Part shown: positions 10,901-20,691 of the stretch, one piece after another
Position numbering within the stretch: position 1 is the stretch's first letter
Layout: each line of letters begins with the position of its first letter
From: Chrysomallon squamiferum
Lineage: Eukaryota; Animalia; Mollusca
Direction of reading: 5' to 3'
Assembly (NCBI GenBank): GCA_012295275.1
Contig: CM022679.1
Span: 20,212,001-20,276,000 of the forward strand
Length of the DNA stretch: 64,000 nucleotides
The notes under the pieces: model-generated
Databases searched by the model: none
Told to the model about the DNA's origin: nothing
What the model saw: only the letters and a program-made list of their open reading frames with translations
Position numbers and translations under genes: made by a program

Positions 10901-12466
10901 ATCATACTTAAATATGGCTAAGGATCATTTATGTAACGAGACAATAAAGCCACTGTCGGTATCGACTGTATTTCTCTTTTTCGATTAGCTGTCAGTCGCA
11001 GGAAAGCATATACCACGGCCTACAGAGATTTAATAATATTACTAATCACAGATTACTGATTTAAATATAAAATTTTATTTGTACGTCTGATTTATCAGGT
11101 CTGCTTGCACTCAGCGGATGGTCTATTGGCGGAGAGGTGTATGCATGGACCGCAGTGTTTATTCTTCCAGTGAATTCAGCACTGAACCCATTTCTCTATA
11201 CAATTCCAACACTGCTAGCAACATTAGTACGTATTTACATACAACAAATGTATTATTTATTCAGAGTGTAGGAAAAACAATATAGGCCAATTTAATTTCT
11301 AACAGTTATTTATTATTAATATATTTAATTCGTAAAAGGAAATTAATATTTTGTTCAAAGCAAAAAAACCACAATGAAAACCTTAAAAATATTAGGAAAC
11401 AGTGTCGCTGGATTAACTAAATGTTTTATTATTTTTTAATTCGTTTTCTTCCTTTCAGAAAAATGAAGATACATCCGCATCAAAATGCGGTTCGTCTCGG
11501 ATGAAACTGTGTAAGAAACTGTGTATGAAAGATGTTTTCTATGCAGGAAAATACATTTACTGAAATTCAAAAAGAATTTCCTAAATTTCTCAAATTTCAG
11601 ATTCTTTTGTGTCTTCTTCATTAATCCATTAAATAAGAGAAATCAGATACAATAAAAAAGAAAGTAGTAATCAATCAATCAGTCAATCAATAAACTAATT
11701 GTATAAGAAATTTTTTGTGTCTATATAAAATCAATATAAGTTGGTTTATTATATATATGTATAAGATAATTTATGATATCTACATAAGATAATGCAAGAT
11801 ATATACTTAAAATAACTATCTGAAGTAGATATATTAAACTCTCTTATTATATCTACTTAAGATAGTTTATTATATATATATACATATTGAAAAATAAGTA
11901 GAAGAGTAGTGCGAGTAGTAAATCAGGATATATATATGACAGTTTATTATATCTACACAAGAAAAATTAAATATTTCAGCGCGGATGACACGTGGTGGTT
12001 TTTCTCAGAACAGAAGCTGTGTGTATGTGGGAGATCCAGAATCCAGCATGGAGTCTTTCTTTGATCTGTTGAAACGTGGCATTCTCAGTCCCAGTCAAAT
12101 ACAATGGATTTGGGGTAACATCATATCGTCGCTGTCATCGCTTGATGTGAAATCTTCAGAAAAGAAAGGCGTCAAAATATTTGTTAGGATGAACGGAAAT
12201 GTGAGAAACAAGACACATTTATAAAATATTTTGGGTTATATTAAAAAAAATCATTGTCGCCATCACCATTATCATCATCATCATTGTTGTTTTCGATGTC
12301 GATGTGTGTGTTTTCTTTTCATTTGCAGATGCCTGTCAGAGTTTGTCTGTGTATGGTGGACAACAAGACAGAGGACACGGAAGAAAACGTAGAAACTGGA
12401 ACAGGATCGCTAATTTACAGTACAGACAGTCAGTCTGGTGGTGCACGGAACACCTCATATCATTGA
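1059..12466 (+). CDS. GRL101: GRL101-like LRR-containing GPCR (CTL - LDLa x6 - LRR - 7TM), multi-exon, ~1164 aa
   Basis: Hand-spliced GT-AG exons keep frame (3495 nt): 1059-1086, 1935-2006, 3653-3916, 4306-4393, 5103-5281, 5611-5763, 6537-6650, 6824-6940, 7712-7864, 8140-8223, 8587-8706, 9192-10775, 11099-11226, 11459-11510, 11980-12200, 12329-12466. Motifs: LDLa DxSDE; LRRs; hinge YKFCC...SSCDDLM; TM3 TDRF; TM6 TDFLCWFP; TM7 [11 protein letters not shown]. The first two and last three exons are less certain. Confidence 0.88.
3653..5281 (+). CDS. C-type lectin domain exons of the GRL101-like gene (3653-3916, 4306-4393, 5103-5281)
   Basis: Spliced translation [13 protein letters not shown]...WFTAKTLC...[10 protein letters not shown]...IHIGL...[14 protein letters not shown]...QPDG...ENC...WHDVGC...YICEK matches the CTLD pattern; splice phases are compatible. 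Confidence 0.88.
5611..8706 (+). CDS. LDL-receptor class A repeat exons of the GRL101-like gene (six phase-1 exons)
   Basis: For example [35 protein letters not shown] (6537-6650), [13 protein letters not shown]...DKTDEADC (6824-6940), [14 protein letters not shown]...KSDELNC (8587-8706); 8140-8223 is a Cys-poor linker ending HLHNC. Confidence 0.9.
5880..6038 (+). repeat. ~160-bp copy of the exon end/intron start at 3908-4078
   Basis: Near-identical apart from small indels; includes the ATAG|GTTTG donor. Confidence 0.93.
6948..7382. repeat. 25-bp minisatellite (ATAATCCTTGTTATAACCCTTATTT / ...ACTATCATTT), about 17 units
   Basis: Tandem units visible directly after the donor at 6941. Confidence 0.93.
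9192..10775 (+). CDS. GRL101: Large exon of the GRL101-like gene: last LDLa, LRRNT, LRRs, hinge, TM1-TM6
   Basis: Core of ORF 9164..10822, bounded by acceptor ttctcag (9191) and donor gtaag (10776); TM7 is supplied by exon 11099-11226. Confidence 0.95.
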
Positions 12467-12795
12467 CTCGTACAAAACCAAACAATACAGAGAATGGGTA
12501 CTTGTAATTGCACACTGACATCAGACTTTCGTATATATAATTATATACACTAAGTTTTACAATATATCTCTCCTTTAATTTCATCAATAGTTTTCCTGCA
12601 CTGATTTGACTCTCAAAAGATATTAATATGAAAAGACATTAAGGAAAATACAAAACTTTTTGATCGTTTGATTCCAGAGTATATAAAATATTCGTGATGG
12701 AGAGAGAGATGCACGCCAGAAGAATACACTGTTGTTGTTATTTTGTGTGTGCGTTTTTCAATTTTTTAAAATGAAGTAACCCAGCTGATGGTTGA

Positions 12796-12826
<31 letters not shown>

Positions 12827-13078
12827 TTCTGCTTATAGAAGTTTATTGTTTGTTGGATTTTTTTATTTAATTCATTATTATTATTATTATTACTTTTTTA
12901 ATCATCTTCATGGTTTAAAAGACGGATATATATTATCAAAAAGCCTCATGCTTAATGCTCTTCACAAAGTTCTTCATCGTGATTTGTATTAGGTATCTTT
13001 GTTATTTCCAAGTGAAGTTTAGAGATGCATACAATGTTAGATAATAAATGTTATAGATATAATGTCAACAAAGATATT

Positions 13079-13555
13079 TTATTCTGTCTCAATCGCCGTA
13101 ACGAAACGTTGCCAGAAGATTTCAGTATTTTCTTCAGGTATGTACTCAATATATGAATCGTTCTGAATCAAGTTTAGTATTTCGTGTGGAATATACCGAC
13201 TAGGAATCCTGTCCAGCATGAGAACAAGTAAAACATCTCTCCCAGTGTGCACAGACTCGTGAAGTGCCATCTGCATTTCATACTCACACCATTCACTCTG
13301 TAGGAAATGCTTGGACAGTACGAGCACGGTTTTTCTGCTCTCTTTCACCGACTTTACTATGTTCGAAGCTATCGGGTGGCCAGGAAGAAAATCTCTCTTG
13401 TGAATTATCAGTTTTTTACCTCTCCTCTTTTCCACCATTGTTATCATCTCTCTGTGTACGAAATTTTCGTCTCCTTCAGCGTATGAAATGAAAGCATCGA
13501 ACTGGAAATTGGTTCTGGATTCTGGTTTGTTTTGGAAATGTTTAAAATGATTCAT
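13079..13555 (-). CDS. Intact TIR-domain ORF (158 aa)
   Basis: Box1 FDAFISY, BB loop HKRDFLPG, SEWCEYE, box3 FW. Confidence 0.88.
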   Translation of the reverse strand: MNHFKHFQNKPESRTNFQFDAFISYAEGDENFVHREMITMVEKRRGKKLIIHKRDFLPGHPIASNIVKSVKESRKTVLVLSKHFLQSEWCEYEMQMALHESVHTGRDVLLVLMLDRIPSRYIPHEILNLIQNDSYIEYIPEENTEIFWQRFVTAIETE

Positions 13556-13951
13556 GGCACCGAAGTACCGAATGGTTTTGTGTTTCGGCGATGCTGTCCA
13601 GATCTGAAGTAACTTGTTGGGTCAGATAACGCAGCTGATTTCTAGAAAGGTCGATTAAATGAAGATTTTTCAAATGATTCAACCGTATAGGTGCTTTATA
13701 CAGTCCATTAAGTGATAGGTTTAGAAAAATCAAATTTTGAAGTCCCTGGAATACCAAAGGAGGCAACAGATGTATATTATTTTGATTGAGATGGATGAAC
13801 TGTAATGATGTCATATTTCTGAAAAGTCTTCCTTCTTCATCGTATATTAATGATTTGTAGATATTATTATTCGAGATATCCAAAGTTTGTAAAGATGTCA
13901 ATGTTTGAAAAAAATCTGGATGAATCTGTGAAGCTAAATTATTAGACAGAT

Positions 13952-15436
13952 TCAGGTAGACAATTTTGTCAAGACCTCTAATAGTCCATTCCAAAACGCA
14001 AGAATATTGTAGGAGAAATCAACATGGGTCAAACTGTTCGGTCCGACAATTACTTGTGTTATGTTATACCACAGCTGAGAAAAAGTGTATGTTAAGTTGG
14101 TTAAATTAGGCGGAAGACACCACACTGGAGGCTTGCACAAACTAGAATCTTCATCCATGTTTCTTAATTTCTTAGTATTCTGTTTACTTGTAATTTTGTT
14201 GCTTGCTGATTTCGAACAGGATGCTCCGGAGAATACTTCCTCTTCGTAATTCGCAGTGAGAAATACTAAATCAGGTGAAGGTACGGAACCAGCGTGTTTT
14301 TCTCCACTAAGATAAATCTCCCGTAGTCCACTAACAAACTTGAGATCGGTGATGTATCTACCAAACATCAGTTTTGTATTTTCTAATGAGATCTTGGTCA
14401 GACTAGTTGGCAAATACTTTAGTGCTCCATGCTCTACGTATTCAATTGCATTATCGTCAGCGTATATTTCTTGTACCTTAGTGTTATTCAAGTATTCCAA
14501 GTCCACTTTAGTAATAACCACACATCGGTCGTATATTCCAACTATAGCACTGATATTTAGAATGCGAAGTGTTGAGTTTTGTAAGCCAAAAGAACCGATA
14601 CCAAAATTACAAAATTTCAGCTGTGTGTTATATGAAAGATCTAGAACATCCAACGACGATTTGAGAGGAGAGAATGTGTCGAGATCGATGTATCTCAGGT
14701 CGCAATGTGACAAGTTCAGTCGCCGTAGATATTTCATGTTAATAAAGGTCGTGTTAAATAGAAACTGTATCGGACAGTTTCCTTCTTGGCCAGCCAAGCT
14801 GAGATGTGTAAGAGAAGAGAGGTTTGAAAATCCTTCTCCAAAACTTTGGTTCGTTAACCCGTCCATGTAAAGATGTTCCAGAGACAATAATTCAGAAATC
14901 GCCTTGTCGGGATACCGCAAACTGTTTTCTGATTTCAGAATGTTATTATTGTTATTCAATTTCAGAATGATCAAATTTCTCAAGGGCTTAAAAATTCCAT
15001 ATTCGAAAACACTGTCCATGTATTTCAGTTTGTTGCCGGCTAAATTCAAAGACTGTAAATATCTTAAATTGCGAAAACTTCCATTTTCCATTTTCGTGAT
15101 GACGTTGAACGCCAAGTTCAGCACTGTGAGATTAACATATTTCGAGAAACATCCTGATGTTAGAGTTGACAGGTGATTGAAATCCAGACGCAAAACGTTG
15201 ATGTTGTTTGGAAGAGATGGAACTGTTGTGAGATTTCTTCCCGTGCAGTCGGCCACAAGGTCATCTGCTTTTACTCTGTAGCAGACACATGGTTCACACT
15301 GTTCTCTTGTTTGGTGACCTCCGTATGACGTCTTATATTTATCAGGAACCAAACTCACTGCGACTCTTTCTGACTCAGTGTGGGAAATCGTAGAAAATCC
15401 CAGCATTGAGGTAAGAATCATTAGACTGACCATCAT
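13952..15436 (-). CDS. TLR ectodomain ORF (494 aa; signal peptide, LRRNT, LRRs)
   Basis: Hydrophobic N-terminus MMVSLMILTSMLGFS; CEPCVC...ADCTGRNLTTVPSLP cap; repeated LxxLxLxxN. Confidence 0.85.
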   Translation of the reverse strand: MMVSLMILTSMLGFSTISHTESERVAVSLVPDKYKTSYGGHQTREQCEPCVCYRVKADDLVADCTGRNLTTVPSLPNNINVLRLDFNHLSTLTSGCFSKYVNLTVLNLAFNVITKMENGSFRNLRYLQSLNLAGNKLKYMDSVFEYGIFKPLRNLIILKLNNNNNILKSENSLRYPDKAISELLSLEHLYMDGLTNQSFGEGFSNLSSLTHLSLAGQEGNCPIQFLFNTTFINMKYLRRLNLSHCDLRYIDLDTFSPLKSSLDVLDLSYNTQLKFCNFGIGSFGLQNSTLRILNISAIVGIYDRCVVITKVDLEYLNNTKVQEIYADDNAIEYVEHGALKYLPTSLTKISLENTKLMFGRYITDLKFVSGLREIYLSGEKHAGSVPSPDLVFLTANYEEEVFSGASCSKSASNKITSKQNTKKLRNMDEDSSLCKPPVWCLPPNLTNLTYTFSQLWYNITQVIVGPNSLTHVDFSYNILAFWNGLLEVLTKLST

Positions 15437-15999
15437 ATCTAGAACCGAACTAAATAAATAAATTAATTAAATAGCAATAATAGATAAAATAACGTGAATT
15501 TGTAGCGTCAAATGATGCATACATATAATTAAACATAGATATATACACGTGTGATGGAACAAATTCAGAATAAATGTTTAAGTGTGCTTGTATACATATA
15601 CACAGATATGTATATATACAATATTCATAAATACAAACATGCGTAACATTTATATCTGTTCTATTTTCCCTATGAATAGGTAATAAAATAACACCCATTT
15701 ATTCACTTTTTTTACTTCCTTGTCCGAATCTGCAATCATTTATATATAAATATTTTTAATTAAATATTAAGCACTAAATATTAAATAAAGGAGAAATAAT
15801 ATATTTTAATGAAACAATAAATAATGAGTGACAAAACAATAATAATAAATCGTTAATAAGAGCGAGAAAAAGAGGAAATATTTTACCATGGATTTGAAAT
15901 TCTAATGTGAGTCACCCCTGAAAACAAAACGGAAGGAAGACTAGCTGTTCAGTTTGACAAGGAAATAATTCATGTTCTTTAGCTGGATACGACTGTCTC

Positions 16000-16010
16000 G
16001 GGGATTCCCC
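16000..16010. promoter_or_regulatory. NF-kB (Rel) site GGGGATTCCCC upstream of the TLR
   Basis: Canonical 11-bp symmetric kB element in AT-rich DNA ~565 bp 5' of the TLR ATG; AP-1 site TGAGTCA at 15908-15914. Confidence 0.6.
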
Positions 16011-16282
16011 TAATACCAGTCGTGGGCAGGTTACTACCCGAGTTGGCTTTCTCAGGACTGAATGTGATGCATACTTTATAAATTACATGAAAAAATCAAT
16101 CCCCTAGGTAGACCGCAATTTATAAGATTTGACTTGAAGAAAGCCAGAATGTCCTATTGTTTGAAATATTTTGCCAGGTTGAAACTACGTGCAGAAAAAG
16201 TAATAATAATAAAATCAGCTTTTTAGTAAGATATTAGATAAGAGAACATATTTTTTTTTGTTTTGTGCTAGTGAAAAAGAAA

Positions 16283-16824
16283 TAACACAGAGAAAGCGCA
16301 GACATTAGTAACACAATATAATCTGTAAATCCGATACCTACCGTTGTATTAATCAGAAATATTTAAATTTTCGTTGACACTTTATTTATCATCCGACGAA
16401 ATAATTTAACATTTCACGTAAAATAAAAGTTAAGCGGGCTACGCTGATACTTCTTCAAATGGCGTTTCATTTGTTAGCGTTTCAGTTTGACAAGATAATA
16501 GTTCATGTTTTTTAATTTGATATGTCATAATATATATTATAAATAATTATAATGGAAACTACCTATAGAAGAACAAATAATAATAATAATAATAATAAAA
16601 AATTTAAAAAATCAATCCGCTTTTCCTAGTAAAAAAGACTATGATTACATGAAGAAGTAACACAGAGAAAGCGCAGACATTAGTAACACAATATAATCTG
16701 TAAATCGAATACCTACCGTTGTATTAATCAGAACTATTTAAACTTTCGTTGGCGCTTTATTTTTCATCCTACGAAATAATTTAACAGTTGACATAAAACA
16801 AAAGATATGCGGGTTACACTGACA
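16283..16824. repeat. Direct duplication of ~165 bp (16283-16450 and 16658-16824)
   Basis: Shared TAACACAGAGAAAGCGCAGACATTAGTAACACAATATAATCTGTAAATC... with scattered substitutions. Confidence 0.92.
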
Positions 16825-16950
16825 CGTTTGTTAATGCCCGTCGTGTCGGAGTGGGCTATATGAGACGCAAGAACGCACAGGACAAAACTGATGTTCAGTT
16901 ATGAGTGCGCGTGATCACAACTAGACTGTTTTTGAAATGAGGCAAAAATA

Positions 16951-17665
16951 CAGAATAAGACTTACTCCAGTCTAGCCGAATTCCCTTATGGTCGAAATAC
17001 TAAATATGGTTCAGTGGTCTTATTCACGAGCATGTTTTTACCTCACTCATTATAATGAACTGTTCCAGATTATTTGGAAACCGATTATATAAATAGAAAT
17101 GTAATAGTTAAATGCTCGAAATAAATGGTACAAATGTATTAGTTTAAGTCCATTTTCCGTTCGTTTTCCCCTCAGTCACGAGCTTCAATCGGCTGTGTTG
17201 GTCACTTGAAATGCAGACTTTGTACGTGAATGGTGTGTTCAGATTCTCTCTTCTGCTTCCATTTAGACTTAACTCTTTTGTAATTTACCCTTCCAATATG
17301 TCAAAACAAATAACAGTATACCGGAGAATGCTGATGTTAAAGAGAAACGGAAGACAATAACTTTAGAAACAAAATTTGAACACAAAACCCACAAACATTA
17401 ACCCACAATGAGCGACATATAATTATTTCTTAATGTATTTGTATAAATTGTTTTGTAAATGATTTACCGTTTATTTAATATCTAAAATCTATTAAATCAT
17501 TTATGTCTAAATTGCCGTTTTATTTCTCTTTATTTAACACTTTTTTTTGTGTGTCAAATTTCATCAGCGAGAACGTACCACTGTTTTTAATCTTAATTCT
17601 ATATAAAATAGTCCCCGGCTTAACGATACCTCTTTCATCTCCATTCAGATAACCGTGTCTTACTG
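16951..17665 (+). mobile_element. Internally deleted Tigger/pogo-like DNA transposon remnant
   Basis: TA-flanked ends CAG...CTG with a partial TIR match (TACAG(AA)TAAGAC versus reverse complement TACAGTAAGAC); 17324-17380 encodes ENADVKEKRKTITLETKFE, resembling the N-terminal HTH start of Tigger transposases. Confidence 0.6.
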
Positions 17666-19046
17666 TATAATGAGTAACTATACAGTTCAGGTTAATCAAG
17701 TACAACAAAAAAAAAAAAAAAAAAATATATAAAAAAAATTGGTTTAAAAAATATTCCCAAATGATTTTGTCCTTCGTATAAACTTTTTCAGTCGTAGCCA
17801 AAGTATTTGCAGGTCATAATATTTTTAGTGTATACATACTATTAATATACTATGTCACATATATTGTATAATATGTGCACAAAGTAAATATGCTATATGA
17901 CACATACTGTACGCGTACATAACGTAAATATGCTCAGTAACATGTATCTTGTAAACGTTTAAGCAGAATATGGTTTAATTCGAACAGTTAATGATAAATG
18001 TAACATTTCTTTTTTTTTGGTTTGTTTGATAGATGAAACTGGTGTAAAATGGTTTATTATTGGTCAGTTCGAGTTAGCCTGCACACTTCAAATTCAAATT
18101 AAATTACAGATGGTAAGATGCGCAAGTCCATTCGCACTTAAAAAAAATATGTTGTTTTGTAATGGAAAGGAAAGGTTGATGAATTAGGAATGACCAGCTT
18201 AAATGATGATGATGATGATGATGATGATGATAATAATAATTTTGATGGTGATTATGATGATGATAATGAGGAGGAGGAAGGTGATGATGGTAATAAGAAT
18301 GAGAAGAAGAAGATCGATCTCATGATCTGCAACATCTTGGCTGTGACTGAAAAAGTAATAATTTACAACAAATGAGTAGTCAAAGCTTGTTCTGCTTTTG
18401 GCTGATGTTATGTAATCGATTTATAAAAAATGCGCTCCGCCCTGAATGTTAGAATCAAGTGCCCCTTTATGGAAGCAGAAGAAGACTAAAAAAATCAGAT
18501 TTATGTATTTTGGTAAATAAACCATTGTCCCTCTGTAATCAAAATTTGTATGAACATGAAGAGGCCAAGTTCATCACATACAGAGGAAATCAAGTATTTC
18601 GGTAGACGAGTTATTTCGACAAAATAGGAGTTCGACCACATGGGAAGACACCCTTAATAGACTAGCTGAGAGGGGCAAAAAAAAATTGGGCGAGAGGTCT
18701 TTGGGACGCCTAAGGCCCTCAGAATCTGCGACTTGGAAGACGCAAAATGCGCGATTCTAGACATTTCCTGATTGAAGTCAGTTATGTCTTTCATTGCAAC
18801 GATGTCGGTAGATTTCAACGATGTTGGTAAATGAACACAGTCGCATGTAAGGATACAGAATTATTACTGGGTTATTTTATTAGTGCATAGTCTTTTGATA
18901 ATAATCCGTGCGAAAATATACTGCATAAATATTCTGACGAAGTAAAATCAAAAGAATAAACAAAGTGTAAATGAATATACTGTAGTTTTTGTATTATCGT
19001 GTGTTTGGGTTTTATGCTAGATTTCACCTCGTTACATTCATGCCGA

Positions 19047-19047
<1 letters not shown>

Positions 19048-19110
<63 letters not shown>

Positions 19111-19135
19111 AATAATAATAATAATAATAATAAAA
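19048..19135. repeat. Compound (AAC)n(AAT)n microsatellite
   Basis: Read directly. Confidence 0.95.
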
Positions 19136-19160
19136 ATAAATAAATAATAAATCATCTAAG

Positions 19161-19262
19161 TTTATTAACCATTTAACAAACAATGTTAAATTATTTTTGA
19201 GTATTTTTAATATTCAAGCATTAGAACAAGGCAATAATCTGGTTATATTCGTGTCATAAAAA
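19161..19262 (-). promoter_or_regulatory. 3' UTR CPE (UUUUUAU, 19262-19256) and poly(A) signal (AAUAAA, 19166-19161) of the H1 gene
   Basis: Both motifs read directly on the minus strand, ~90 nt apart, downstream of the stop at 19326. Confidence 0.5.
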
Positions 19263-19325
19263 TATACGAGCGTCCTGGTTTGAATGACGAGGTCATTGCA
19301 TAGTGTGCTGTACTTTTTTATGATT

Positions 19326-20435
19326 TCAGACCCTTTTTATTGGTGGTTTTCGTTTTGCTTTTGGGGAAATTGTGGTCTTGATAACATCGTTGGAGATCTT
19401 CTTCTTTGGCATGTTCTTCTTTTTATCTATTTCTTTCGTTTTTACTTTCTTAGTAACAGTCGATTTTGTGACCTTCTCAATAAATGTTTCTGCAACCTTT
19501 TCTTCCTCTGCGATTAATTTCTTCTTGGCCGACGCTTTTGGTTTGATTGGTGCCTCAGACTTTTTCATAGATGGGGCAGACGTGTTGGTTATAGTGGCTA
19601 ATACAGTTTGTTTTGTCACCGATTTCTTTTTTACTGTGACGTTTGTTGAGTCTTTGTCACATTCATCTTTTGGTTTTCTCACAGGTTTGTTATTCAGCTT
19701 TGTTTTGCCTTCGTCTTTAGACGTTTTGCTGGCAGCTAATTCTTTCTTTTTCGCAGCCAGGACCTCTTCTTTTCTAAAATCTTTTGACAACTTAAAGCGA
19801 CCTGTGCAAATAAAAATCGAAAGGTTGATGACCTTAAATTCCTTATAGTGTAATGGCGGAGAATACCAACCGCCCATAATGTGTCTAAATAAATAGAGAC
19901 TATTTGACTTTAAATATCACTAAACTTGACACTGGTCACTGACAAACTCTAAGCTTAAAACCAATCGGAAGCGACGCCATATTAATAAATTTACTGTCAT
20001 CAAAGAAATATTTGACAATTAAAAAAATTCCAGACCCCTTTGACTTCTTTTTGGCAACAACAATAATAAATAGTGTTTTTGTATTAATTTTTGAATGATG
20101 TCGATGATGAAAACAATAGCAATAATCTAAATAATATGTCATTTTGGTATCTTACCATTAGCTCCTGTCATGCTTTCTGACATTTTCGGTCTCACAATAT
20201 TATTTAGATCAAGACCCTTTATGATGGCCTTTCTAATTTTCGGCTTCATGCGGTCCGGATCCACAGTTTTGTACGTTTCTGCAATATAACTTTTAATGAA
20301 ATGGAGGCTGGCCCCTTTTTTGTCGTCACTGTTTTTGATTGCTTCTATAACCATATTATAAAATGGCAGTTTGGTTCCCCTTCTAATATTGGCTGTCGAA
20401 GATGAAGTTCCACTTTTCAGTTCTGTGTCAGCCAT
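19326..20435 (-). CDS. Linker histone H1, oocyte/cleavage-stage type (B4/H1oo-like), 2 coding exons, 251 aa
   Basis: Exons 20435-20156 (donor GTAAG) and 19801-19326 (acceptor TTTGCACAG) total 756 nt. Globular domain PFYNMVIEAI...KKGASLHFIKSYI...VRPKMSESMTGANGRFKL, followed by a K/T/E-rich tail. The intron and the extended wing loop are typical of B4/H1foo-type H1. Confidence 0.88.
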
Positions 20436-20632
20436 TGCACGGCCAGACACTGAGATGAATAATGATGTCAAGTGAAACAAGCCTGAGAGACACTCAAAGT
20501 GCGACAGCCAAGACAAACGTCTGATCACTTTGAACACTGCAAACAAGCCAAGAGTATAAACATTTATCACTCAGCTTATGTCCCCTTTGTCAGCAGATTT
20601 GGAGTTTCAGAAAAAAATATATATAATATTAA

Positions 20633-20691
<59 letters not shown>

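Larger units (their letters stand above)
13079..15436 (-). pseudogene. TLR: Disrupted Toll-like receptor (single-cysteine-cluster type): signal peptide - LRRNT - LRRs - [LRRCT/TM missing] - TIR
   Basis: Three overlapping ORFs in different frames (13952-15436, 13542-13994, 13079-13555). Adding one base near 13985 restores FWNGPIRGLDKIVYLNLSNN. At ~13560-13575 the last LRR joins the juxtamembrane/TIR region out of frame, with no NPxxCxC cap, no hydrophobic helix and no room for an intron. Confidence 0.82.

Noticed and set aside
13542-13600. An intron or programmed frameshift restoring a full-length membrane TLR
   Set aside because: The LRRCT and TM coding sequence is physically absent between the ORFs, so no recoding can supply it.
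14340-14870. 176-aa plus-strand ORF
   Set aside because: Antisense shadow of the TLR LRR region with no recognisable motif.
16836-16900. tRNA-like 5' segment GTCGTGTCGGAGTGG
   Set aside because: No T-loop/B-box and no cloverleaf can be formed.
18430-18780. GC-richer block as an exon or RNA gene
   Set aside because: No ORF with matching splice sites and no RNA fold recognised; probably a decayed repeat I cannot classify.
19372-19848. 158-aa Phe-rich plus-strand ORF resembling a membrane protein
   Set aside because: Antisense of the Lys-rich H1 tail (AAA/AAG read as TTT/CTT).
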